Shown here piece after piece: positions 30,284 to 40,426 of a stretch of DNA of 64,000 bases; the stretch's first letter is position 1, and each line of letters opens with the position of its first letter. The stretch is from an uncultured Gammaproteobacteria bacterium (lineage in GTDB: Bacteria > Patescibacteriota > Microgenomatia > Daviesbacterales > UBA10151). The stretch covers positions 34,023 to 98,022 of the forward strand of contig CAZGFG010000003.1 in assembly GCA_964524895.1 (NCBI GenBank). The letters run 5' to 3'. The notes under the pieces were generated by a model that worked only from the letters and a program-made list of their open reading frames with translations, searched no databases and had not been told where the DNA came from. The position numbers and the translations under genes are program-made.

Positions 30284-30550
30284 TCAACAAATTGAAAATT
30301 CAGAGTAGTTTTTAATCCTTCCCTCTTTAACCTCAACTCCTTTTACTTCTGCCAATCCAGGCCCTCTCTTGCACCAGTCAAGAAAACTTTCTAAAGTTTC
30401 ATCATCTCCTTCTGCCTCTATATAAACCGATCCGTCCGGTTCATTTTGAGCAAAACCTTTTATTCCCAACTTCTCTGCTTCCTGTTTGGCCGAGAACCTA
30501 AAACCTACCCCTTGGACTGCCCCTAAAATTTTAATCTTTAAAAGCTTCAT
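30284..30550 (-). CDS. acyP: Acylphosphatase
   Basis: ILGAVQGVGFRFSAKQEAEKLGIKGFAQNEPDGSVYIEAEG carries the VxGxVQGVxFR signature. Confidence 0.8.
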   Translation of the reverse strand: MKLLKIKILGAVQGVGFRFSAKQEAEKLGIKGFAQNEPDGSVYIEAEGDDETLESFLDWCKRGPGLAEVKGVEVKEGRIKNYSEFSIC

Positions 30551-30673
30551 ACTAAAAATTTTAACAACATTTTACTCTTTTGTCTGTTAAAATATCCTCA
30601 ATGATAATACTCGGGATTGAAACCAGTTGTGATGACCCTTCGACTACGCTCAGGGTTCTTGATTACAAATATT

Positions 30674-31714
30674 ATGGTGACTCTTGGAATTGAAACATCG
30701 TGCGACGAAACTGCTGCAGCAGTTTTAACCAATAAAAGAGGAGGGGTACAAATATTATCCAATATTGTTGCTTCTTCTGCCTCAATACAATCTAAATATG
30801 GAGGTATAATTCCGGAACAAGCGGCCCGGGAACAACTAAAGTCTATTATCCCAGTTATAGAAGCATCACTTCAACAAGCCCATTGCAAACCTGAAGATTT
30901 AGATGCCATAGCTGTTACCCAAGGTCCGGGATTAATAGGATCTTTGCTGGTTGGAGTGGAAACTGCCAAGGTTTTGGCCAAAGTTTGGGATAAGCCTTTA
31001 ATCCCAATAAATCATTTAATTGGTCATTTTTATGCAAACTGGATCGAGCATAACACGCCGATCTTCCCTTGTATCGGACTTCTGGTCTCCGGAGGCCATA
31101 CTGACTTAGTTCTATTTGCAGATCACAGAAAGTATAAATACCTGGGAGGGACCAGAGACGATGCAGCCGGAGAGTGTTTTGATAAATGTGCCAGACTTTT
31201 AGGATTGCCTTATCCTGGAGGTCCTCAAATCAGTAAGCTGGCAGAAAAAGGAAACCCTAAAGCTTTCAATTTCCCCAGGCCAATGTTAGATTCTAATGAT
31301 CTTGATTTCTCCTTCTCGGGGCTGAAAACAGCCTTTATGAAGGAACTAGGTAATACTGCTCCTGGCTCCTCCAACCTACCTCCGCAGGAGGGGCGTGTTG
31401 TTCCTAGTTCCGTTTTTGATCTTGCTGCTTCTTTGGAAGCTGCTATTGTAGAAACTTTAGTTACAAAGACTGTTGCAGCAGCCCAAAAATATAAAGTTGA
31501 ACAAATTATTATTGCGGGAGGAGTAGCAGCCAACCGAAAACTGAAGGCAGATCTGGGAGCTAGGAGTAAGGAGCTAGGAATCAAGCTGCATGTGCCGCCT
31601 CCCAGTCTTTGCACCGATAACGGGGCTATGATTGCGGCCGCCGCTTTCTTTACTGGAGGCCGGGCCAATCCTTTAGAGCTTCAAGCCAACCCCAATTTGT
31701 CTTTGGCTTATTGA
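30674..31714 (+). CDS. tsaD: tRNA N6-adenosine threonylcarbamoyltransferase TsaD (Kae1/Gcp)
   Basis: MVTLGIETSCDETAAAV, GPGLIGSLLVG, HLIGHFYAN and LVSGGHTDL motifs. Start placed at 30674. The upstream extension in the ORF track is not TsaD-like. Confidence 0.85.
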   Translation: MVTLGIETSCDETAAAVLTNKRGGVQILSNIVASSASIQSKYGGIIPEQAAREQLKSIIPVIEASLQQAHCKPEDLDAIAVTQGPGLIGSLLVGVETAKVLAKVWDKPLIPINHLIGHFYANWIEHNTPIFPCIGLLVSGGHTDLVLFADHRKYKYLGGTRDDAAGECFDKCARLLGLPYPGGPQISKLAEKGNPKAFNFPRPMLDSNDLDFSFSGLKTAFMKELGNTAPGSSNLPPQEGRVVPSSVFDLAASLEAAIVETLVTKTVAAAQKYKVEQIIIAGGVAANRKLKADLGARSKELGIKLHVPPPSLCTDNGAMIAAAAFFTGGRANPLELQANPNLSLAY

Positions 31715-31770
31715 CACACCCCTTAAACTAGTTTTATATAGATATTGTCCATTCCTGCACGGGGTGGTTT

Positions 31771-32358
31771 TTGTTATTTATGAAGGAGTTTGTCATAGGT
31801 ATTAATGACCCGGTTTGGTTGGATAATCCAGCTGCCCCTCAAACCTCAAATTTTGACCGACTTTATCTTGAAGATAAATCGCGGATTGCACAACTTCGGC
31901 TGTTAAACGGCCAAATAAGAAGTATAGATTTAAGTCAGATACCAGTCCACCTTAACCATTGGCTTAGTCGTGAAGCAACTGAACCGGATAAAAGAGTGTC
32001 CCCTCTAGCTTTTAAAGAGGATACCCAGTGGGCAGCACATACTCCTAAGTCTCCGGCCATTAACCAACCTCTTTATACTGATATCAATAAATTTGCTAAA
32101 GTTGAGCCGGAAAAACCAGCCCCAGTAACTGTTTTGGCTGGGGGACAACTTCAACTAACGGGAGTCGTAGGACTGGCAATTAAAACTGCGGGCCGAGAAA
32201 CCGTTTTCCCTTCCAGTTTGATCCGTTGCCTGGTAACTAATCCTGCAGAACATACCTTTACCTTATTTATAGTAAATCCAGAATCTGGAGAAATTGAAAA
32301 AAACACCTACAATACTCCCAAAATCAAATTGACTAGTCTCACACAAGAAAGATCTTAA
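31771..32358 (+). CDS. Hypothetical protein
   Basis: 195-aa ORF with protein-like composition and no motif. Confidence 0.35.
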   Translation: MLFMKEFVIGINDPVWLDNPAAPQTSNFDRLYLEDKSRIAQLRLLNGQIRSIDLSQIPVHLNHWLSREATEPDKRVSPLAFKEDTQWAAHTPKSPAINQPLYTDINKFAKVEPEKPAPVTVLAGGQLQLTGVVGLAIKTAGRETVFPSSLIRCLVTNPAEHTFTLFIVNPESGEIEKNTYNTPKIKLTSLTQERS

Positions 32359-32425
32359 GTTGGGAATCGAGTAGTAATTTGGGTGGTACCATGACATATG
32401 CTCGTCCCATATAATAAGGGAGGGC

Positions 32426-34558
32426 GTGTTTTTTATGGATAAAGTATACGATCAAACCAAAACCGAAGAGAAATGGTACAAATTCTGGGAAGAATCCGGC
32501 TATTTTCAGCCGGAAATTAACCTGGACGGCGCACCCTACACTATAATTTTACCCCCTCCAAATGCCAATGCCCCACTGCATTTTGGCCATGCTATGTATG
32601 TGGTTGAAGATATTTTAATCAGATACCACAGGATGAAAGGTGAAGCAGCTCTCTGGTTACCCGGTTCAGACCATGCCGGTTTTGAAACACAGGTAGTTTT
32701 TGAAAAGAAGTTACAGGAAGAGGAGAAATCCAGATTTGACTTCGATAGACAAACCCTTTATCAGATGATCTGGGATTTTGTCCAGTCTAATAAAGGCACC
32801 ACGGAAGGGCAGCTGCGCAAACTGGGTTTTTCAGTTGACTGGTCCAGGGAAAAATTTACCCTAGATCCGGATATTATCCAAGTTGTCTACAAAACTTTTA
32901 AAAAGCTGTTTGATGAGGGGTTAATCTATCGGGGCAATCGGATTGTTAATTATTGCACCAAACATGGCACCTCTTTTTCCGATTTAGAAGTAGCTTATAC
33001 CGAAAAACAGGATAGGCTCTATTTCGTTAAATACCCCTTGGCTGAAGAATCTGGTCATATTACCATTGCCACCACCAGGCCGGAGACGATGTTTGGCGAC
33101 AGCGCCGTTGCAGTTCACCCAGATGATGACAGGTTCAAATCTTTAATTGGTAAAAAAGTAAGGCTTCCTTTAACTGATCGGGAAATTCCTATTATAGCCG
33201 ACGAAAACATAGATCAGGAGTTTGGGACAGGTGCCGTTAAGATCACCCCAGCCCACGACCCCCTAGATTACGAGATCGGCCAAAGACACAATTTAGAACA
33301 AATCGGTGTTATTAACTTTGACGGAACTTTAAAAGAAGCTGCCGGGAAATACGCTGGCTCATATCCTAAAGAAGCCAGAAAAGCGGTCGCACAGGGTTTA
33401 GAATCTCAAGGGTTTATGGATAAGATAGAAGCGTACACTCACCGGGTTGGAACCTGTTACAAATGTGGTAATCCAATTGAACCATTACTTCTGGAACAGT
33501 GGTTTATCGATGTTAAAACTTTGGCCAAGGAAGCTGTTGAGGTTGTCAAAAAAGGTGAAATTAAAATTTACCCCAAGAACTGGGAAAGCACCTACTTTAG
33601 ATGGCTGGAGAATATTAAGGACTGGAATATTTCCAGACAAATTGTCTGGGGGATGCAAATCCCAGCTTGGAGATGTCTTAATTGTAATAAGTGGGTTGTT
33701 ACGGAGGGTGAAATTCCGATAGAGTGCCCAAACTGCGCTTCTACCGCTTTAGAGAGAGATCCCGATGTCTTTGATACCTGGTTTTCATCAGGCCAGTGGC
33801 CTTATGCTACTTTACAAACCACAAAAGAAGGTGATTTTGAGAAGTTTTATCCAACTTCTGTGATGGAGACTGGCCGGGATATTTTATTCTTTTGGGTCGC
33901 CAGGATGGTTATGCTAGGAAGATATACAACAGGTGAAATCCCATTCCAAGATATACTTTTACATGGAATGGTCTTAGATCCACTCGGTAAAAAAATGAGT
34001 AAATCAAAAAATAATGTTGTCTCTCCTATTGAGGTAGTAGAGCAATATGGAGCAGATAGCGCCAGGATGGCCTTGGTTTATGGTACGGCTTTTGGTCATG
34101 ATCAAGCTCTTTCTCATCCAAAATTGCAGGCAATGAGAAATTTTACCAATAAGCTTTGGAACATCGGCAGATTCATCGTTGAATTTGCTCCGGAAGATGC
34201 CAAGCATTTGGATAAAGATGCTACGGCCGTACAAAGTTTGTCTCAAACAGATGATCAAAAAATCGTTAAGGAGCTTGAAGAAACAACAAAAAAAGTAACT
34301 AAGGCCTTGGATCAATATAGGTTTCATGATGCCGCAAATTCTTTATATGAATTTATCTGGCATGAGTTTGCAGATAAATATATCGAGTCGGTTAAAGATA
34401 GGCGGGCCGAAACCCAACCGATTTTGGAGCATGTTTTCAAAACCTCACTGGAACTGCTTCACCCCTTTATGCCTTTTATTACAGAGGAATTATGGCAAAA
34501 ATTGCCTCACGCAGGCAAATCCATCATGCTTGCCAAATGGCCAGCTCTTAAGGCCTAA
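32426..34558 (+). CDS. valS: Valyl-tRNA synthetase, short form without the C-terminal coiled-coil
   Basis: HIGH-region PPPNANAPLHFGHA, KMSKS motif KMSKSKNN, and the ValRS-specific block VFDTWFSSGQWPYATL...ETGRDILFFWVARMVMLG. GGGAGG lies 8 nt upstream of the ATG. Confidence 0.85.
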   Translation: MFFMDKVYDQTKTEEKWYKFWEESGYFQPEINLDGAPYTIILPPPNANAPLHFGHAMYVVEDILIRYHRMKGEAALWLPGSDHAGFETQVVFEKKLQEEEKSRFDFDRQTLYQMIWDFVQSNKGTTEGQLRKLGFSVDWSREKFTLDPDIIQVVYKTFKKLFDEGLIYRGNRIVNYCTKHGTSFSDLEVAYTEKQDRLYFVKYPLAEESGHITIATTRPETMFGDSAVAVHPDDDRFKSLIGKKVRLPLTDREIPIIADENIDQEFGTGAVKITPAHDPLDYEIGQRHNLEQIGVINFDGTLKEAAGKYAGSYPKEARKAVAQGLESQGFMDKIEAYTHRVGTCYKCGNPIEPLLLEQWFIDVKTLAKEAVEVVKKGEIKIYPKNWESTYFRWLENIKDWNISRQIVWGMQIPAWRCLNCNKWVVTEGEIPIECPNCASTALERDPDVFDTWFSSGQWPYATLQTTKEGDFEKFYPTSVMETGRDILFFWVARMVMLGRYTTGEIPFQDILLHGMVLDPLGKKMSKSKNNVVSPIEVVEQYGADSARMALVYGTAFGHDQALSHPKLQAMRNFTNKLWNIGRFIVEFAPEDAKHLDKDATAVQSLSQTDDQKIVKELEETTKKVTKALDQYRFHDAANSLYEFIWHEFADKYIESVKDRRAETQPILEHVFKTSLELLHPFMPFITEELWQKLPHAGKSIMLAKWPALKA

Positions 34559-34614
34559 TCGCCCAGTTTGACATTAAAATTTGCTTCTAATACCAGTATC
34601 AGATCGTTATCTGG

Positions 34615-34875
34615 CTAACTCTTATAGAAGTATTTAATCCAGAGTTTTTTTAAAAAAGGTAATGTTAGAGTGGAAAGCAAGAAACCTATAGATGGAACTA
34701 TAGCATTTAACCAGGGCTTCTCTATCCCAATTGCACTCATATATAATCCTAGGGCCAAATAGGTAAAAAGTACCAGCAAACCGCGCCGTGAGTAAGAAGT
34801 TTCCCAAGCTTTATCTACCTCCACCTTGGAATTTCGCCGTTCTATCTCTTCAACTCTTTCTTCTAAAGTGACCAT
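34615..34875 (-). CDS. Small hypothetical membrane protein
   Basis: 86 aa with a charged N-terminus and two TM helices. Confidence 0.35.
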   Translation of the reverse strand: MVTLEERVEEIERRNSKVEVDKAWETSYSRRGLLVLFTYLALGLYMSAIGIEKPWLNAIVPSIGFLLSTLTLPFLKKLWIKYFYKS

Positions 34876-34994
34876 ATATTTAGTTTACCACAGTTTCTTT
34901 GCCTTAATTTAGATATTGTCCGACATGGATTTCCGCACATTTTCCGCAAATTAAGCGCAGACTTTTTGGGATAAAATTTTTTATCTTCGGGTAC

Positions 34995-35747
34995 TTATTG
35001 GGCTGGTTCGGAAGGCTCTTCGGTTTTACTCTCCCCTTCCCCCACACGTGTTTGGCCTTCTGGGGCGCTCTCTTCTCCCTCTTTTGTCTCTTCCCCTTCT
35101 TTAACTTCCTCCCCTTCGGTTGCTGCTTCCTCTGTTGCAGCTTGCTCTGCTGCCTCTTCCTCCAGAAGCTCTTGCATCTCCGCGGATACCGCAGGAGCCA
35201 GCTTTACTACTACCTCTTCAGGGTTTGCTAAAACCGTTAGCTTACTGTGGTCGTAATTTAGCTGACCTACCGTTATAGCATCCTCTATTTGTTTTAACGG
35301 GCTGATATCTACCACTATTTTTTCTATTAAGTCATTGGGGAGGGCTTCTACCTCTATTTCATTTAGAGTTTGCAAAACTATAGTCTCCCCTAAATGAACA
35401 GATTCCGGCTCTTCTCCTATAAGTTCAATAGGTACCGGTACCTTAACTTTTTCTGACAAATTAACCTGGTAAAAATCTATGTGGGTGATTTCTCCTTGGA
35501 CCGGATTGTAGTCTAATCCTCTAACCATAACCGGGCGTACCTTTTCACTTCCTATTTTTAAATCTATTACTCCGGTCTCCCCTGCCTGGGCAAAAGTTTT
35601 AATAAATTCTTTTGCGCCAACCGTTACATGTTCTGTCTCAACTTTTTTGCCATAGACATGCCCCGGTAGCTTACCGTCTTTTCTTAATCTTTTTACTTTT
35701 TTGCCAAAGATTGTTCTTTCTTCTGCCTTTAAAGTTAGCCTGTCCAT
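34995..35747 (-). CDS. rplY: 50S ribosomal protein L25 / general stress protein Ctc with an acidic C-terminal extension
   Basis: MDRLTLKAEERTIFGKKVKRLRKDGKLPGHVYGKK is the L25 N-domain. Start moved to the ATG at 35747. The ORF track start is a TTG. Confidence 0.8.
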   Translation of the reverse strand: MDRLTLKAEERTIFGKKVKRLRKDGKLPGHVYGKKVETEHVTVGAKEFIKTFAQAGETGVIDLKIGSEKVRPVMVRGLDYNPVQGEITHIDFYQVNLSEKVKVPVPIELIGEEPESVHLGETIVLQTLNEIEVEALPNDLIEKIVVDISPLKQIEDAITVGQLNYDHSKLTVLANPEEVVVKLAPAVSAEMQELLEEEAAEQAATEEAATEGEEVKEGEETKEGEESAPEGQTRVGEGESKTEEPSEPAQ

Positions 35748-35810
35748 ACTTAATACTTCTAAACTCAAGGTAATTTACCACAGATAGGAGAAACTATCAA
35801 GCCAAAGACT

Positions 35811-38711
35811 TTATTTTTTAAAGGTAATGGAAAAAACCCGGTCAGAAGAGAGGTCTGTTGAGATATCATGTTCTTGAGGTGCAATACTTCCGGTATTGTC
35901 GCCAGCCAGCTTATAATTTATCGGATAAGTTAGTTTCCATTCAAACGGGTCCTTAAGAGTCCCTGCTTGTTTTAAAACACCCAGACTGTAAAGCACCTGC
36001 CCGTCTTTAAAGTTCAAACTGCTGGGTAGTTGGTAATCTAAAATCAAAGTTTTTTCCTCTTTGGGGGACAACTCCAACAAAATCGAGTATCCACTTCGTC
36101 CGTAATCTACAAAAGGAGTGGCCCTTGTGGTGACTTCCGTTTCTCCCCAAACAGCCCGGGTGAGCTTTGTCCCCAATGGCAAATATATCCTAAGCCTATT
36201 CTTATACACTCCGGCCGGGAAAGCAGACGACGGGCTGCGGTTTATATAATTTATCTTTAGTCTGTGGAAAAGCTCTCCTTGTTTGCCTACTGTAGTATTT
36301 AAATGATAGTTTCGTTCCAAATAATAATTAGCTTTATTAGCCCCCAAATTTGCCTCCACCACCGCCAAAAAATCCTGCATCTCCCCTAATTTACTCTCCC
36401 CTGCTCTAGTCAGTACACCGGCCCAGTTTTGAGAAGCCATATAAGAAAACATATTCGGGTTATTTAAATAAACCAGCATATGTTTTGTATCTAAAGAAGT
36501 ACCCAAAGCCTCTACTATACCTGGCCAGTTTTGGTTAGGGAGGAAAAATAATTTATTAAATAACTGGTTGCTTAAGGCAGTTAAAAAACTTTTCTTGGCT
36601 TGGGAGCCCGGGAAAAAGTCCGATTCCGAGTGCGCTACTGCTTTTTCAAATAAATTATCGGCCGTTATCTTTTCATTATAATCAGCTACATCCAACCCTC
36701 CTATCACAGACAATAAATTTTCCATGGCCGAAATATCGAGGGCTATCACCCCCTCTACCCGCTCCCCTGTTTCCTTGTTATAAAACCACTCAATTTGTCT
36801 GGCAGCCGTAGGGAAATCCGGTTCCCAATTAGAATCCCGTAAGAACCAGTCTTTTTGAGATAAATCTTCTTTTATTTCTTTTGGGGGTTCAACATGCTCT
36901 TTCAACGCCCCGTCAATATTATAAACATCGTTTGTTTCCAGTTTTCTTAATTTACCTCCCTCAAATTCTACTTTGGCAAATGATCCGATAAACCCCCCTG
37001 TTGGACGAAGTTCATTGTTGTTTTGTAAAACCAACAGATAACTTTTTTTACCCTCTGATCCGATCACCTGTGGCAAAACAACTGCCGCCGCTCTCCCCTT
37101 CTGCACCAATTCCAAATAGGAATCCAGCCTTATTTTTAAAGAGTCCACTCTACTTTTAATTAGTCGAGGAGTGCTTGCTTTAAAATCCTCCCTATCCATA
37201 ATAGCCTTAGCTTGGGAAAGCCTTTGGTCAGCACTGGTCAGCTCTACTTGGGCACGTAAGAATGGTTCGGTAGGTTTGCCTTCTTGTTCCCCGGTAACAG
37301 CCTTCAACCCTCCGTATAGGCTCCTAATGCCCAAAACAGTATCTTTGGCTGCACCTGTTGAGAGTTGGGCCAATATTTGTGCTTGGTCTGCAAATTCAAA
37401 TTCCTCTTTTAAAACTCCTGATTTTCTCAAAATAGCAACCGAGTTTAAAAATACCTTAGCCCGATCCAACCCCTCCTCCGCTTGGCTGATATGAGAGAGG
37501 CTTTGGTCAAAATCTCCCTTCTGCAAATCTTCCGCTGCTTTAGTCAATTGGTAGCGGAAAGTTAATACCCCAACTCCTAAGGAGACTGCCGGCCAAACAA
37601 GCCCATATATGATCAAACCTAAAGCTATAATTAAATAAAAATTGGGGAACTTTTTTGGTAAAAGGTTTTTCCATGAAGGCAAAGTGAATTTCTTTTTGGC
37701 TACCTCCCCTACTTGCTCCTCTTCCCTATCAGGTTTTTTATCAAACACATCCTCATCTACTTGTTCTTTTTTATCGGAGATACCGTATTTCTCTTCATAT
37801 GATTTAGCCTTTTCCAATTTTGGTATCTCTACTTCGTTTTCCTTAAAATAGGTTATTGTTTTTTTCAGGCTTTCTACAAAGCCTATCTTCGGTTCCCAGG
37901 ATAAATATTTCATAGTCTTTTCCAGGTTTGGGGTTGGCCAAGGCGGGAGTTCGCTGGGAATAAAGTGCCGGTTTTCATGCCAAACCGGATCTAGCAGAAC
38001 CTGTTTGATCTCTGCTACTTTAATCGGAGTGAGCAGGGCTCCGTCGAATATTTTTTGGGCCGTAGCCCCGGAAAGCATACTTTTGACTATTAGATTAACT
38101 GCATCATCAATAAATATTGCTCTTGAGGAAAATTCTAAAGCAGCAGACTCTTTTTGCAGCTGCCCTAAAAGGGAGGCCTGAATTAAACGCACCATAGGAT
38201 CGCGAGCTTTAAAGTTCATCCTTGGACCGTAAACAGAAGCCAGCCTGACTATTCTGGCATTTAACCTATTTTCTTGGGCAAATTTAGCTAGCTTTTTTTC
38301 TGCATCTCTGAACCACTCCAATTCTTGAGGGATCTTGTTGTCATAAAGATCTATCGAAGATACAAAAACAACTTTTGAACTGTGTTTTTTAAATAACTCC
38401 AAAATTTCACCAAAACTCAACTTCTCCTGTGAAGCTATGATAATGTAGTCAAGCCGCAGCACTTCTATCTTAAGCTCACCCGGCTCTGCAGAAATAAGAT
38501 GGAAGTTCTTATCCTTAATCGCTTGTTCCAAGCTAGATCTGCTTACCGCCCCAAAATCGTCGACTCCAACTACCTGAATATTTTTCCTTAAAAGTTCCTC
38601 CGACAGAAACGAGCCCAAAAAGCTTCCTGCCCCCACAACTAAAGCAACGGGTGTGTTCCGCGCAAGTAAAATACTGTTATTCGGTATGATATTTACCCCT
38701 ATTCCCCCCAC
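35811..38711 (-). CDS. Fusion of an NAD-dependent sugar epimerase/dehydratase with a TM linker and a DUF4012-like extracytoplasmic domain
   Basis: N-terminal Rossmann VVGAGSFLGSFLSEELL with a YxxxK region. Mid-protein TM (FYLIIALGLIIYGLVW). C-terminal LLVLQNNNELRPTGGFIGSFAKVEFEGGKL is characteristic of DUF4012. Confidence 0.55.
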   Translation of the reverse strand: MGGIGVNIIPNNSILLARNTPVALVVGAGSFLGSFLSEELLRKNIQVVGVDDFGAVSRSSLEQAIKDKNFHLISAEPGELKIEVLRLDYIIIASQEKLSFGEILELFKKHSSKVVFVSSIDLYDNKIPQELEWFRDAEKKLAKFAQENRLNARIVRLASVYGPRMNFKARDPMVRLIQASLLGQLQKESAALEFSSRAIFIDDAVNLIVKSMLSGATAQKIFDGALLTPIKVAEIKQVLLDPVWHENRHFIPSELPPWPTPNLEKTMKYLSWEPKIGFVESLKKTITYFKENEVEIPKLEKAKSYEEKYGISDKKEQVDEDVFDKKPDREEEQVGEVAKKKFTLPSWKNLLPKKFPNFYLIIALGLIIYGLVWPAVSLGVGVLTFRYQLTKAAEDLQKGDFDQSLSHISQAEEGLDRAKVFLNSVAILRKSGVLKEEFEFADQAQILAQLSTGAAKDTVLGIRSLYGGLKAVTGEQEGKPTEPFLRAQVELTSADQRLSQAKAIMDREDFKASTPRLIKSRVDSLKIRLDSYLELVQKGRAAAVVLPQVIGSEGKKSYLLVLQNNNELRPTGGFIGSFAKVEFEGGKLRKLETNDVYNIDGALKEHVEPPKEIKEDLSQKDWFLRDSNWEPDFPTAARQIEWFYNKETGERVEGVIALDISAMENLLSVIGGLDVADYNEKITADNLFEKAVAHSESDFFPGSQAKKSFLTALSNQLFNKLFFLPNQNWPGIVEALGTSLDTKHMLVYLNNPNMFSYMASQNWAGVLTRAGESKLGEMQDFLAVVEANLGANKANYYLERNYHLNTTVGKQGELFHRLKINYINRSPSSAFPAGVYKNRLRIYLPLGTKLTRAVWGETEVTTRATPFVDYGRSGYSILLELSPKEEKTLILDYQLPSSLNFKDGQVLYSLGVLKQAGTLKDPFEWKLTYPINYKLAGDNTGSIAPQEHDISTDLSSDRVFSITFKK

Positions 38712-38777
38712 GCGTAAATCCTACCACGGGCAATAGTTATTTCAAGAGAGATCAAAGGTAACAAAGTGGTGCCCCCT

Positions 38778-39188
38778 CTAGCGGGAATCTAAAGCAAGGT
38801 TTGCGAGGAAATCTGCACGTTTATTTTGAGTCCTTGGAACATGAACAAAAGTTGCATACCCAATTTGCAGCTTTAGTATATTTATTTTGTCTATAAGTAA
38901 GCGGAGGTGGGGACTTTTTATTTTATAGTTTCCGGAAAGTTGCTCCGCAACTAACTTTGAGTCCATATAAAAATTGAGGGCTAGAGATTCCCCGTTGAAT
39001 TTTTCTTTCACATACTCTATCGCTCTTAGCACAGCTGTATATTCGGCAACATTGTTGGTGGTAATTCCTAAGGTTTTGCCCTCTTCATACAATACCTTTC
39101 CCTCACCATCTGTTATGGAAAATCCATAAGAAGCGGGGCCCGGGTTCCCTCTTGAAGCACCGTCTGTATAGATAGTAAGCACTCTCAT
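38778..39188 (-). CDS. rnhA: Ribonuclease HI
   Basis: IYTDGASRGNPGPASYGF and the DEDD catalytic pattern (...VEYTA..., ...HVPRTQNKRADFLAN). Confidence 0.85.
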   Translation of the reverse strand: MRVLTIYTDGASRGNPGPASYGFSITDGEGKVLYEEGKTLGITTNNVAEYTAVLRAIEYVKEKFNGESLALNFYMDSKLVAEQLSGNYKIKSPHLRLLIDKINILKLQIGYATFVHVPRTQNKRADFLANLALDSR

Positions 39189-40426
39189 TTAATCCTTTTT
39201 AAAACAGGAATCAGCATAATCAGTTGTAAAAGCAAAATCAAGTATTCCGATACTCCGGTAATCCAAGCAGAGGCAATGTAGGAGTAATGCGGTATAAAGA
39301 ACCAGTTGGCCAAACCGTTAAAAAGAAGCCCGATAAGATATATTGCTGCCATACTCTTATACTTTTTCAAAGTTATTAAAACCCACATCAATGCCGCGGA
39401 AACAAAAAAAGCCGGAAAGCCCAAAGATAAAATAAACAATGCCTGCTCGGAACCGATAAAACCTTGCCCCCCCGTGATTAACTCTATAAAAAACTTACCC
39501 AAAAGCGATGTGAGTAAAACTCCAACTAACCCCAGTGACAGCATTCCCAAAACAGAATATTTAATCTCTTCAGCAAATTTTTGTTTATCCTGGGAATAAA
39601 CCTTCAACATCAGCGGGTAAAAAGCATTCATAATAAAGGTGGGTAAGACCAGGGCTGTTTGAAATAGCTGATAAGAAAGGTTATAAACTCCAACATCTGC
39701 AAATCCTTTCATAAAAGACAAAAGAAATGAATCAAGCCTAAAATAGATTACATTTAAGACCAATGTTAAGGAAATGGGCCAGGATTGTTTAATTAGGTCG
39801 AAAGCAAACTTTATATCAAAAACCGGCCAAACGATTTTGACAAACTTTTTAACAAAAAAAAGTAGCAGCAGCGAACCTGTTAGCCAGCCAACACTATAGT
39901 CAAACATAATCCAAGGTAAACTTAGCCTGAAAGATCCGGTTGTATAGATTAAGGCAAGAGTAGTCAAGGAGGCTGCAGACCACCCTATCACCGATAAGTC
40001 ATATCTGAATTTGCTTTGGAAAATAGCATTCGCACTTACATAGACCGCCGGCCCTAAAATTGCCATAGTAGAGCCGATTAATATTAAAGTCTTAAACTCT
40101 TTTGTATCGGTTGGCCAAATCATCCCACCTAGCAGAGCCAAGGGGATCAAAAATATAGCCAAGAGTAACCTAAATCCAAATAACTTTCGCCAAGTAAGCT
40201 CGAAGTTTTCGCTCACTAAAATAGGTAAAAGGTGAGCATTTACCCCAAAATCAATCACTAAAGTAAAAAAGGCCAGATAGGTTAAGGCCAAAGTAAAAAC
40301 CCCTGTTCCAGTCTCACCAAAATTCCTACTGATAATGGCTAGAATCGCAATTGTAGAAAGGGAAGTGATAAATTTTCCTAAAACCTGCCATAGGGTCTGT
40401 TGAGAAATTTTAAGCAATCTGCCCAT
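39185..40426 (-). CDS. Polysaccharide biosynthesis flippase (MOP superfamily, Wzx-like)
   Basis: 413 aa with about 12 TM segments. Polysacc_synt-type N-terminus (WQVLGKFITSLSTIAILAIISR). Confidence 0.55.
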   Translation of the reverse strand: MGRLLKISQQTLWQVLGKFITSLSTIAILAIISRNFGETGTGVFTLALTYLAFFTLVIDFGVNAHLLPILVSENFELTWRKLFGFRLLLAIFLIPLALLGGMIWPTDTKEFKTLILIGSTMAILGPAVYVSANAIFQSKFRYDLSVIGWSAASLTTLALIYTTGSFRLSLPWIMFDYSVGWLTGSLLLLFFVKKFVKIVWPVFDIKFAFDLIKQSWPISLTLVLNVIYFRLDSFLLSFMKGFADVGVYNLSYQLFQTALVLPTFIMNAFYPLMLKVYSQDKQKFAEEIKYSVLGMLSLGLVGVLLTSLLGKFFIELITGGQGFIGSEQALFILSLGFPAFFVSAALMWVLITLKKYKSMAAIYLIGLLFNGLANWFFIPHYSYIASAWITGVSEYLILLLQLIMLIPVLKRIK

